In this document: positions 18,102-26,705 of the stretch, in pieces
Layout of the letters: each line of letters begins with the position of its first letter
Numbering within the stretch: position 1 is the first letter of the stretch
IMG/VR virus record: IMGVR_UViG_3300028654_000001
Location: 248,001 to 312,000 of that record
DNA: 64,000 nucleotides
Direction: 5' to 3' (one strand)
The notes under the pieces: generated by a model
What the model was told of the DNA's origin: nothing
Database searches by the model: none
Seen by the model: only the letters and a program-made list of their open reading frames with translations
Translations under genes and position numbers: made by a program

Positions 18102-18641
18102 TCACTCCGATGTCATCTTCCGAAGAATGCGAATGTGACGTGGACTAGAACTTTCTTCCAGAACATTTTGAAATTCACATTTTCTAATCTGAAAGCACGT
18201 TGCCGCAACTCCAGGGCCTGCCCTAAGTCCTTCGCAGTTTTCGCAATTTTTGGTTCCAAAGTTCAATTTGAATCTAAGCTTTCCGGATTCTAATAACGAT
18301 TCTCGATAGGCCAGCTGCAGTTCTTGCGCTGCAACCAAAGCAACTTCAAAGTTACCGTCCAGGAATGCCTTTAATAGAATTTCGGAAGGGTCTACTTCGC
18401 GATGCCCTGGAATTCCCGTTGGAGGTCGTCTTCTGAGATAATCCCGAAGCTCCTCAATACTTGTTCGGACTTCCCCTCCTGAATCGCCCTCTGCAACCCT
18501 GCTAGCCTCCGATCCCCAGTCTTTTCCGCTACTCTGATGGCTTGGGACATCAGAGTATCCCAGGCTACGGTCCCCTTCGGGGTCAACTGCTTGACTTGTT
18601 CGTGTGCTCTGGTCTTCATTGTACGTCATGCGCCTCTTCAT
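18102..18641 (-). CDS. hypothetical protein; only the 3' half (CENC...C...C) looks coding, start uncertain
   Basis: The 5' half overlaps ORF 18392-18619 in another frame. Confidence 0.35.
   Translation of the reverse strand: MKRRMTYNEDQSTRTSQAVDPEGDRSLGYSDVPSHQSSGKDWGSEASRVAEGDSGGEVRTSIEELRDYLRRRPPTGIPGHREVDPSEILLKAFLDGNFEVALVAAQELQLAYRESLLESGKLRFKLNFGTKNCENCEGLRAGPGVAATCFQIRKCEFQNVLEESSSPRHIRILRKMTSE
18392..18619 (-). CDS. hypothetical protein
   Basis: 75 aa; start overlaps the stop of 18616-19050. Confidence 0.5.
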   Translation of the reverse strand: MKTRAHEQVKQLTPKGTVAWDTLMSQAIRVAEKTGDRRLAGLQRAIQEGKSEQVLRSFGIISEDDLQREFQGIAK

Positions 18642-19050
18642 TAGTAGATGGAGTCACAGTGAGGTCTGAGTCCTCAGCTAGCTTATCGTTAAGCTTAAGC
18701 AATAGGTTAGCTAAGGTAGGATCTGAAGACTTCTCCAGTAGCCACTGTACTAAGTCCCTCAATACCTCTGATTGACGTTGTTGACCCTCAATAATAGCAG
18801 GAAGCTGATCTTGAACGGTATCAGCAAGCCTCTTCATAGCAGAAACCGCCTCCTCAAGATCCTCTACGCTATCGAGTTGGGCTGCTATAGCCTCCATCCT
18901 CGCAGAGGCAGCAACAAACTCATCTATCTTAGCTGGTAAGGTTGCGACCCCATCCAGGTTGGAAAGAGAGTTAATCAGCTTAATAGGGGATACCCCTTGA
19001 TGTCGAGACTTCTTCTCGGCTGCCCTACGGAGACTTCGGTTGACACTCAT
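18616..19050 (-). CDS. hypothetical coiled-coil protein
   Basis: Starts MSVNRSLRRAAEKK; operon packing. Confidence 0.6.
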   Translation of the reverse strand: MSVNRSLRRAAEKKSRHQGVSPIKLINSLSNLDGVATLPAKIDEFVAASARMEAIAAQLDSVEDLEEAVSAMKRLADTVQDQLPAIIEGQQRQSEVLRDLVQWLLEKSSDPTLANLLLKLNDKLAEDSDLTVTPSTNEEAHDVQ

Positions 19051-19406
19051 CGGTTGTTACAATTCCCACGGTATAGTTCGTAGAATGGGTAGGGGTTTTC
19101 ACCCTTATTTAGTTGATCTGGTAACTCATTGTCCTCAGTCATTAGTGAGAGCAATGGAACCAACTCAAGAAGCTGCAATAACTCAGGACAGGACGTAATT
19201 TTTGGAAGATCCATCCTTGCCTGCGGAGTACGTTCGATGATGTAGACTAACTGATCCTTCCGTAGAGGGTACAGATCATCCAACATGCACTTTCCTTCTT
19301 CGAACCAATAGTTGTTACTGGTATTTCCGTCGCACAGGGTTCGGAAAGGTGGCTCACAACAAGGGTCTGAATCTCGGTCTCGGTCACTCATGACTTCCTC
19401 ATCCAA
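19047..19406 (-). CDS. hypothetical protein
   Basis: 119-aa ORF in the operon. Confidence 0.5.
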   Translation of the reverse strand: MDEEVMSDRDRDSDPCCEPPFRTLCDGNTSNNYWFEEGKCMLDDLYPLRKDQLVYIIERTPQARMDLPKITSCPELLQLLELVPLLSLMTEDNELPDQLNKGENPYPFYELYRGNCNNR

Positions 19407-19675
19407 CCCATTCTGAAGAGTTGTTTCTTACTGTCTATTGATACCCTACAGTAATAGATTCCTGTTCTTACACGCCTCTCGTAGAGTGGCTTGCCAGAGC
19501 TACCGCTTTCCTTCTCTTTACGAAGGTAGTCGATGAGTTTCTGTTCAAAGTCAGATGTGCTGTCAGTATCAACAGCCGTCAGGATCTCTTCTTTGAGCAG
19601 GTCATCCGAGTCCTCATCCAACTCGATGCCAAGGTCACTGAGAGTGAGGTGCTGCTGAGGGGATGCCATTGGCAT
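19388..19675 (-). CDS. hypothetical acidic protein
   Basis: 95-aa ORF; TACACC motif at 19680. Confidence 0.55.
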   Translation of the reverse strand: MPMASPQQHLTLSDLGIELDEDSDDLLKEEILTAVDTDSTSDFEQKLIDYLRKEKESGSSGKPLYERRVRTGIYYCRVSIDSKKQLFRMGWMRKS

Positions 19676-19685
19676 CCATTACACC

Positions 19686-19964
19686 TCAGGCCACCACTAC
19701 TAAGACGGGAGCCAGCTCCTCAGCCCAGAACTCTACTTGTCGACCATCAGGGAAAGAAACCCCAATCATCGGGTCATCGGGGAAGTGCTGCCCACATCCA
19801 CATGAGTACTCCAAGTAATCGACTATTCCGAATAGACCTATAAACTCTGATACATCTGTAAACGGAGGATTGATGTCAATTGCATCTACTACCTTAACCC
19901 GTTGCCCTGGCTGATAAGGAGAGCCATCAACAGGCACTGTAATGTACTCCAGAACTTCTAGCAT
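19686..19964 (-). CDS. hypothetical protein, possible SH3-like fold
   Basis: YQPGQRVKV...GIV...IGVSF...EFWAEEL pattern. Confidence 0.55.
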   Translation of the reverse strand: MLEVLEYITVPVDGSPYQPGQRVKVVDAIDINPPFTDVSEFIGLFGIVDYLEYSCGCGQHFPDDPMIGVSFPDGRQVEFWAEELAPVLVVVA

Positions 19965-19972
19965 AGGAGCCC

Positions 19973-21817
19973 CTACTTGGCGATCGGAAGAGTCCTTTGC
20001 CGCGTGGTGTCTCTCCGCTTAGAGCTGAAGTCTTTGACACCAGCATAGCAATTATGAGTAGCAAGACCAGCAGCTAGGAACGTCTTACTGCTAGTTCGAA
20101 TATCAGTAACATCTCTAACCCCTACTTGCTCTATAGACACAATTCGATCTTTAGAGAAGTCAACTGATCTACCAAAGAAGTTTGAGGACTTTCTGATTAT
20201 CGCTGGCTGTACTAGTGAGAAAAACTTAGCGTATTGACGGAGCCCACCACTAACTCTTGCTGAAACTCTAGAACCTTCCACTGGCATCTCGATGCCCAAT
20301 GAAGAGGCATACTTAGACACTCGAGTAAGCAAACCGTTATCCTTGGTTTGGTGAACCCTCAGGGACTTATTATAGCTACCCTCAGCATCGAATATACCTG
20401 CTAGGAAACCTTTTCTATACTCGTCTGACTCGAAGTAATGATCTAGGTTCAGTAACGTTCGAATTGAATCTATTGATCTTGTCTCAACTTTTTGCATGGG
20501 TAACTTAGAGAGCTTAGACCCAGAATCAAAAGGCCTAATTTCTACACCAACTCCAAAACACTCTAAGTATTCTCTGAGACGAACTAGTGGCTCTTGATCT
20601 GTTAGAGCTACTCTCCAATAAGGTTGTTTAGGGCGATGACTTTCAGTCAATCGTGAAGTACCGTCTCCGATAGTCATAGCTGCAACATAGCCAGCCTTAT
20701 ACTCACTAGAGAACAACGGCCCCTTAGTTATACCGAACTGTTGTAAGTCACAATCTAGAGCTAGGTGGTCGGTTCTTTTCCAAGACTTTCGTGTTTTACC
20801 TTCAAACCAGAGATGTTCAGCTGTCGTGAGCACCTCACTTGACTCAGTGATCACTCTAGTAACCGGCCTACGAAAATTCCACACACCCTCAACTATAGAG
20901 CGTCTGAATCTCCTATCCATCCTAAAACCAGGCGGATCTTCATCAAAACCAATTAGAGTATCCCCAACTTGGATATCCCCAAGTGGCCTCCATGAAAAGT
21001 TATCATGGAGTACTAGTGTTTCTGGTGCTAGGCAGTACTTACACCCAACTGAGCAGGACTCGTTCACCGTGAAGGGGTCTACCATCAACACGCAACCACA
21101 GCCCTCTGAAGCTGGTTTTGAGTACCCGGTAAGAGAGAAGTCTTCCGGAGGAGCACACACCCCTGAATCCAAGTTTGGGTGTGCCCCTGGGTGCCCAAGG
21201 AGAAGCCTATCCTCGTTACAAAGGTAGACCTTGATCCCGTGCCTCTGCGATACCTCAGCCAACTCGAGTAAGATGTTCACTCGGTCAACTTCAGATCGAG
21301 TCTCCGGCATCAAGTCGTTCTCCTGAAGGAAGGACAGGTATACCCTGTCAATTCCCTCACTAGAGGCCATGGCCGCAATTTGCTCAAACCGAGCTATGAT
21401 CACTGGGTGTGGTAGGATAGGAACTGGAGAGAATCTCCAATAGACATTCTTCGGCCCAAGTATGTGAGCTGCCGTGGCAAGAGTATTGATGGCCTCGCCA
21501 AGCTTAGGAGCTTTCCCCTCAACCTCCATCCACCCGGTCACCGTGATGTGAGCCTTGATGTTGTACCCGAAATCCGTTAAGTTCGACCGAATGAGGTTAT
21601 TTGGATTCTTAGTCCAGAAAATCAGGCCAAGAACATCGTCAGGCCGCAATGACCATCGATAGGGGATAGCTTCCGTCGGGTGAAACCCAATGAAGTGCCC
21701 TACCTTGAGGGCCGCCAAAAAGTAATCCCATTTGTCTATGCAGACATCAGTCCACCGCGAGAACGAGTAAGGAAAGCCGATCTCCTTACCACTTAGAACC
21801 TCTTTTGCCTTGCTCAT
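19973..21817 (-). CDS. DUF1848-family (radical-SAM/spore photoproduct lyase-like) protein containing an intein
   Basis: SFSRWTD, IFWTKNP, WRFSP and GCGC motifs; spliced C-terminal CSVGCKYCYA (CxxxCxxC). Confidence 0.75.
   Translation of the reverse strand: MSKAKEVLSGKEIGFPYSFSRWTDVCIDKWDYFLAALKVGHFIGFHPTEAIPYRWSLRPDDVLGLIFWTKNPNNLIRSNLTDFGYNIKAHITVTGWMEVEGKAPKLGEAINTLATAAHILGPKNVYWRFSPVPILPHPVIIARFEQIAAMASSEGIDRVYLSFLQENDLMPETRSEVDRVNILLELAEVSQRHGIKVYLCNEDRLLLGHPGAHPNLDSGVCAPPEDFSLTGYSKPASEGCGCVLMVDPFTVNESCSVGCKYCLAPETLVLHDNFSWRPLGDIQVGDTLIGFDEDPPGFRMDRRFRRSIVEGVWNFRRPVTRVITESSEVLTTAEHLWFEGKTRKSWKRTDHLALDCDLQQFGITKGPLFSSEYKAGYVAAMTIGDGTSRLTESHRPKQPYWRVALTDQEPLVRLREYLECFGVGVEIRPFDSGSKLSKLPMQKVETRSIDSIRTLLNLDHYFESDEYRKGFLAGIFDAEGSYNKSLRVHQTKDNGLLTRVSKYASSLGIEMPVEGSRVSARVSGGLRQYAKFFSLVQPAIIRKSSNFFGRSVDFSKDRIVSIEQVGVRDVTDIRTSSKTFLAAGLATHNCYAGVKDFSSKRRDTTRQRTLPIAK
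20051..21034 (-). mobile_element. intein with LAGLIDADG homing endonuclease (328 aa) in the DUF1848 gene
   Basis: Begins CLAPET, ends THN followed by C; internal YVAAMTIGDG and FLAGIFDAEG. Confidence 0.9.
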
Positions 21818-21896
21818 ACGGTTTGGCCTATTTTTCCAGGCTTTTCAAGTAGTAATCTAGGCTAGCCAGCCTGTCAACCACTTTCAGAACCTCACC

Positions 21897-21908
21897 CGGT
21901 GTAACACC
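21897..21908. promoter_or_regulatory. overlapping head-to-head motif at a divergent gene junction (CGGTGTA on +, GGTGTTA on -)
   Basis: CCCGGTGTAACACCAGGG; 9 nt from ATG 21913. Confidence 0.5.
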
Positions 21909-21912
21909 AGGG

Positions 21913-22512
21913 ATGCAGAGCCTAAATGAGTTAGCCAAAACGTCTCATGAAGTTTCCAGAAGCAAGGGGTGGTGGGAACCAGGATCCAATAAGTCGGATG
22001 CAGCCCTCATCTCACTTATTCACTCGGAAGTCTCCGAAGCCTTGGAGGACTACCGCATGGGTCACGCTCCTAACGAGTACTGGTTCGAAAGTACAGCAGA
22101 GCAGGGTGGGGTAAAATACTCAATCCGAGACGACGTCAATGGAACGAAACCGTGTGGGGTACCCTCTGAACTTTCGGACGTAGCCATTAGAATTGGTGAC
22201 TACTTCGGGGGTAGGAACCTGGATCTAGAAGAAGCCCACAAGCGAACTTTGGAACTGGAACCGGTCAAAGACTTTGAAGGCGGGCTCGCGAGGATTCATC
22301 ACGCTCTTTCTATGGCCTTCGGGGAGAGTCACGAGTTCAGTCCCGCCATTAGTCAGGGCACCACAGCTGGAAAAACCTTTTGGTTGGCCACTGCCTTACG
22401 ATATACCTTTGATCTGGCTAAGATCTGTGATATCGACCTGTGGTACCACATAAACCTGAAAACAGAGTTCAACAAAACGAGATCTCATAGGCATGGCGGG
22501 AAGAAACTCTGA
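21913..22512 (+). CDS. MazG-like nucleotide pyrophosphohydrolase
   Basis: SHEVSRSKGWW, LIHSEVSEALEDYR, KPCGVPSELSDVAIRIGD; ends KTEFNKTRSHRHGGKKL. Confidence 0.75.
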   Translation: MQSLNELAKTSHEVSRSKGWWEPGSNKSDAALISLIHSEVSEALEDYRMGHAPNEYWFESTAEQGGVKYSIRDDVNGTKPCGVPSELSDVAIRIGDYFGGRNLDLEEAHKRTLELEPVKDFEGGLARIHHALSMAFGESHEFSPAISQGTTAGKTFWLATALRYTFDLAKICDIDLWYHINLKTEFNKTRSHRHGGKKL

Positions 22513-23182
22513 GGTCGAGGGGCCAGATCCTCCTCTAAGGGATGACCGAGCCGAATACGAAAAGCTGAAGAGTTCTGCTCAGTTCATACTTGGGTCTGAT
22601 GAGTGTGGGCTTGGATCTTGGGCCGGTCCTTGTGTTACCTGTGCCGTCGCGGTACCAAAAGATTGGAAACCACCTTTTGGCCTGAATGATTCCAAGAAGG
22701 TTGGGTCTAAGAAGCGAGAGCAGCTCTTCGAGATACTCAGGAACCGGATCCCATACGCCTGTGAGATGGCTCAATCTGATGAGATTGACCGTGTAGGGAT
22801 TACTTTGGCTCTTCGAAGGTGTTTTAGGGCTTGCATCGAGAACGTCCTAGCGAGGGCACCAGGGGCTCTCATCGTCATCGATGGTGAGGTTAGGATCCCA
22901 GGTATAGATCATCTCCGTTTTCCAAAGGCTGATGGTATAGTGCCCGCGGTCATGGCAGCCTCAGTCATCGGAAAGGTTATTCACGACCGATACATGTGGC
23001 TGATGGCCGAGAAATTCCCAGGTTATTCTTTTCATAAGTCATCTGGGTATGGAACACCAAAACACCGTGAAGCTCTCGAACGTCTCGGGCCATGTCCAAT
23101 CCACAGAAGAAGTTACCTTCCGGTTGCTAAAATTGGAATTAGGTCAGAAGAAGGAATCAGTGTTGACTCTGACGAAGACTGA
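22493..23182 (+). CDS. rnhB: ribonuclease HII
   Basis: GSDECGLGSWAGP, LNDSKK, IDG, KADG...AASVIGKV.HD, GYGTPKH and IHRRSY motifs. Confidence 0.88.
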   Translation: MAGRNSEVEGPDPPLRDDRAEYEKLKSSAQFILGSDECGLGSWAGPCVTCAVAVPKDWKPPFGLNDSKKVGSKKREQLFEILRNRIPYACEMAQSDEIDRVGITLALRRCFRACIENVLARAPGALIVIDGEVRIPGIDHLRFPKADGIVPAVMAASVIGKVIHDRYMWLMAEKFPGYSFHKSSGYGTPKHREALERLGPCPIHRRSYLPVAKIGIRSEEGISVDSDED

Positions 23183-23969
23183 TGCCTCTTACCTAGCAGG
23201 CTTATTTGATGGTGAAGGATGCCTTACTGTTGTACTGCAAAAAGGTCATCGAGGAAAACGTACCAAAGGAGTCCTAACTCCACATCTTATGTTTACAATT
23301 GCTAACACCGATAGGGGAGTCCTTCAATGGTGCTTAGATACCATAGGTACTGGGATAGTAGTAATTGGTAGGGGTTACTCAGCAAAGCACCCCCGTAGAT
23401 TACCACTGTATCGCTATAATCTAGAAGCTAATGCAAATCTAGTGACCTTACTACCACGAATGATACCTTACTTGAAGGTAAAGAAGGAGAGAGCTATACT
23501 ATCCATGAGGTTTTTGGAACTAAGAAGTAATCGGGACAGGAGGGCGTATACGGAGGAAGATGTAACAATTCTGTTCAATATCAGACAAGCAAACCTCAGA
23601 GATTATGACTTGCATGGAACTCCTACCTTACGCTACATGGGTAAATCTTATACCAAGGATGAGTTTATTGAGTTGTTTTTCAGGGATAGAGACGGATCAA
23701 TCTATCGGCACGTAGACTGGACACCAGAAATGGATTCAGTAATTGGAACAGATACTGATCTTAACGTAGCTAAACTACTTGGATTAAAGATAAGTATGGT
23801 TCAAAAGAGGCGGGTTCACTTAGGTATACCTTCTTCGATGGATCTCAGACCAAAGAAAGAAAGGGTACTACAACTCAGATCCGAAGGACTCACCTTAAAA
23901 GAGATCTCCTCGAAGATTGGTATCAGTAAGTCTTCGGTGGCTAGAGTCCTAGACGAAGTGGTGTACTAA
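23160..23969 (+). CDS. free-standing LAGLIDADG homing endonuclease with C-terminal HTH
   Basis: ASYLAGLFDGEGCL; probable GTG start at 23160 after AAGGA; C-terminal GLTLKEISSKIGISKSSVARVL. Confidence 0.8.
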   Translation: MLTLTKTDASYLAGLFDGEGCLTVVLQKGHRGKRTKGVLTPHLMFTIANTDRGVLQWCLDTIGTGIVVIGRGYSAKHPRRLPLYRYNLEANANLVTLLPRMIPYLKVKKERAILSMRFLELRSNRDRRAYTEEDVTILFNIRQANLRDYDLHGTPTLRYMGKSYTKDEFIELFFRDRDGSIYRHVDWTPEMDSVIGTDTDLNVAKLLGLKISMVQKRRVHLGIPSSMDLRPKKERVLQLRSEGLTLKEISSKIGISKSSVARVLDEVVY

Positions 23970-25058
23970 CTAGGCACCAGCTGGGCCTATAGCCCACCCA
24001 AGCGCTGGCCTCACCTGATCAGTCTCGGGGTCATGACTGGTACCAACGAAACCCCCAATAAACTGCATGGGGATCTTCTCACCATAGTAGAGCCAAGTAA
24101 ACGGAACTCCTGAGATTCCTGTGGGGAACTGGTCTGTTGTTGGCCCACCGCACATGCAACCAAGCCCTTGATCCCAATTTTCAACGAACTGGTTTGGAGC
24201 GTTGAACTTGCCACCGTAACCCCTGAGGTACGGGAACAAGGCATTGACCGCCCCAGTCACGTAGGGGCCTCCTGAGCCGTTGCCTTTCTTGTAGAGGCTA
24301 TTCCAGAACTTCAAGTCGGAGTTACCCTTGAATGCCGAAACGAAGTGAGCGAGCACATTCTTCAAGGCATCGATCCACCACTTACAATCAAACTCAGCTA
24401 GGCACGAGACCCGATCGATGATGTTAGACCAGTCATCCTCGGTACCTAAGAGTGTGATCTGTGGAATACCACAGCAGGTTTTGCAGCCAAATGAGAAGTA
24501 GGACTGCATGGCATCCAAGAGAACCACTTCCGATGCGGCCCGCTCGATAGCCGTCGTAGTCGAGAAGTTGGACACAATCAAGTCCCGCTTGGGACCGATG
24601 TACTCAGCAATTCGGTCTGAGAACTCAGAAAAAGCCCCTTGCCAGTCATTCTTCGGAGAACCCTTGGAGAACCCGTCTCTACTGATCTCGATGTAGATCT
24701 TGTCGTCAAGAGCCTCTTTCCCTACTGGGTTCACGAACAAGTGCCGAAATCGATCTGAGTTGGCATTGATGTGATTGGCAAACCCCTGAGCGATGGCAAC
24801 CCAGATGTCATCCGGGGACAGCACCAACGGGCAGTGGATCTCGAATGAGTGGTGAATAGCTCGGACCAACCCATGCAGCTTCTGAGTACCATTCCACCTG
24901 TCTTCGTAAAATCCTATTAGATTATCTTGGTTTGACCCGCAAGCTTCAACCGAGACTTCGGAGAGGCACTTCACGGAATCAGCAAGTTCAATACGCCCCG
25001 GAGCCCCTTTACCAGGCTCAACCCTTGAAACATCTGCAACCTTGAATGTGACAGGCAT
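23970..25058 (-). CDS. DUF4419-family protein
   Basis: HCPLVLSPDDIWVAIAQGF, FSTTT, LLDAMQSYF, CGIPQITLLGTEDDW and GSGGPYVTG motifs; start ATG 25058. Confidence 0.75.
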   Translation of the reverse strand: MPVTFKVADVSRVEPGKGAPGRIELADSVKCLSEVSVEACGSNQDNLIGFYEDRWNGTQKLHGLVRAIHHSFEIHCPLVLSPDDIWVAIAQGFANHINANSDRFRHLFVNPVGKEALDDKIYIEISRDGFSKGSPKNDWQGAFSEFSDRIAEYIGPKRDLIVSNFSTTTAIERAASEVVLLDAMQSYFSFGCKTCCGIPQITLLGTEDDWSNIIDRVSCLAEFDCKWWIDALKNVLAHFVSAFKGNSDLKFWNSLYKKGNGSGGPYVTGAVNALFPYLRGYGGKFNAPNQFVENWDQGLGCMCGGPTTDQFPTGISGVPFTWLYYGEKIPMQFIGGFVGTSHDPETDQVRPALGWAIGPAGA

Positions 25059-25067
25059 ACGGCCTAT

Positions 25068-25074
25068 TACACCG
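25068..25074 (-). promoter_or_regulatory. YGGTGTA motif upstream of the DUF4419 gene
   Basis: TACACCG on +, 9 nt from ATG 25058. Confidence 0.55.
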
Positions 25075-25095
25075 ATGGACACACAAACATCAAGC

Positions 25096-26115
25096 TTAAT
25101 TCAGCGAATTCAGTGATTCTAGTGGGAGGCTGCCCTTCGGACCTTCAATGATACCACCGTCGATTGGCCAGCTCTTAGGGACTGCAAGCCGTGGAACATC
25201 ACGGCCACGGACGAAGGCATCCGCAATAGCTTCAGACATACCGATAGTTAGCCCGGTAGTTTCTTTGATGTACTGGGTGACACGCTCAACCTTGTGAGCC
25301 TTGGTTTCCTTGGGTACGTACTTGAAAGCAGTCAAACCCTCCCTAGGAACATACACCCGATAGGCCTTTTCATTCACGTCTTGAATAGCCCAATCGACCC
25401 ACTGCCCAGCCTCTTCAACGTCAACACCTTTTGAACGCAGGTACTTCTCGACAGCTCCCTGGGTCATCTCCCTCTTCATCGTCTGGTAGAAAGCGAACGA
25501 AAGCATTTGGTGCTCTCGAGGGACTGGAACCCTCTCGTTGAAGTCGAACCCAAGTGGGGTGGCCCCACGCTCAACAGAAGAGAGGGCCTTGTCCAACTTA
25601 GGAGCTACGTGAGACTCAAAGAACTCTTCGACAAGCTTGTCGACTTGCTTGGTGAGCTCGTCCTTACTCTCCGCAACACTCTTCTCAAGAGCCTCCATAG
25701 TTTCGTTATAGCGTCGCTTCATGTCCGCTTCGATCCTATGAAACTCGGACTTCGAGACCCGGTTGAGCTGCCCTTTCTTCTCAAGTTTGGCGATAATATC
25801 AGCGCTACTGTTTGCAGAGCCCCAGAACTTTTCGTCCCCGTCACTCACTCTCCACATAACAACGGTGGAGCTATCTAGGTCATACACCCAGAGGTACCTC
25901 CATTTGTTAGCATGGGGTTTCTCAATCAACCGAGAGGGTCCTTGCCTAGCACCCTCCTCAAAGTCACTGCCTGTTGGTCCTATATAATCGGATAGGTTGT
26001 ACCGCTTACCGGAAATAGTGACAGTAGGAACCCTTGGCTTCTGGGGCAGTCTTACCAGGGGTCCCGCTTGACGGAACCTGGCTACAACATTGCGAATGAT
26101 CTTGAGGTCGTCCAT
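25096..26115 (-). CDS. hypothetical protein with VAxR(Y/F)-type leader
   Basis: MDDLKIIRNVVARFRQAG. Confidence 0.65.
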   Translation of the reverse strand: MDDLKIIRNVVARFRQAGPLVRLPQKPRVPTVTISGKRYNLSDYIGPTGSDFEEGARQGPSRLIEKPHANKWRYLWVYDLDSSTVVMWRVSDGDEKFWGSANSSADIIAKLEKKGQLNRVSKSEFHRIEADMKRRYNETMEALEKSVAESKDELTKQVDKLVEEFFESHVAPKLDKALSSVERGATPLGFDFNERVPVPREHQMLSFAFYQTMKREMTQGAVEKYLRSKGVDVEEAGQWVDWAIQDVNEKAYRVYVPREGLTAFKYVPKETKAHKVERVTQYIKETTGLTIGMSEAIADAFVRGRDVPRLAVPKSWPIDGGIIEGPKGSLPLESLNSLN

Positions 26116-26221
26116 TCAATACTTACCAATATCGATCCGCTTCTTTTCACCAGTCTCGAGATTAACTACTTGGATCCCAATGATGTCTACTACCCTACGG
26201 AGGATGGGATCACTTAACATC

Positions 26222-26701
26222 CTAGACTATTACCCCTAGGTCCCCCAAGTTCTCAACCACCTGCATCAAGCTATCCACAGCATGTACGTCGTCCGTAATG
26301 AGTTTCCTTAGTTCACGATCGTGAACCTTAGTTTCTATACTCTTGAAGTCGTGTATTATATCGTTTACATCAGCTAGGTCATTGGATACAGCGTCAAGGA
26401 CATCATCCTTCTTACGTCTCCAGGACACCAACTTCTCTTCAACTTCCTCTGGAAGGGCCAAGGCACTCTTGTATCTAGAGGCAACCCTTCGAATGAGTAG
26501 GGCATCTTGAAATTCTTTGAGGGGTTCCATTGTAGCTTCTTTCCCTTTTAGGTATTCACTCTGGGGTTTGTGACAGTGAGGAGAACCTGGATTCTTGTGC
26601 TTACAAAATACGGACCACGCAGTTGCCCAGGCCTGCTCATCAGAGTAGTCTGGGTTATCCTTTTTAATTTTCTCGTGGTATTTGTCAACTGGAGAGGGCA
26701 T
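26222..26701 (-). CDS. two-module hypothetical protein (ChaB-like N-terminus, internal RVASRY)
   Basis: EQAWATAWS; DALLIRRVASRYKSA. Confidence 0.6.
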   Translation of the reverse strand: MPSPVDKYHEKIKKDNPDYSDEQAWATAWSVFCKHKNPGSPHCHKPQSEYLKGKEATMEPLKEFQDALLIRRVASRYKSALALPEEVEEKLVSWRRKKDDVLDAVSNDLADVNDIIHDFKSIETKVHDRELRKLITDDVHAVDSLMQVVENLGDLGVIV

Positions 26702-26705
26702 GTTA

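Noticed and set aside
18102-18641. Possible programmed frameshift joining ORF 18392-18619 to the Cys-rich 3' half of 18102-18641
   Set aside because: No canonical slippery heptamer was seen, and an alternative start cannot be excluded.
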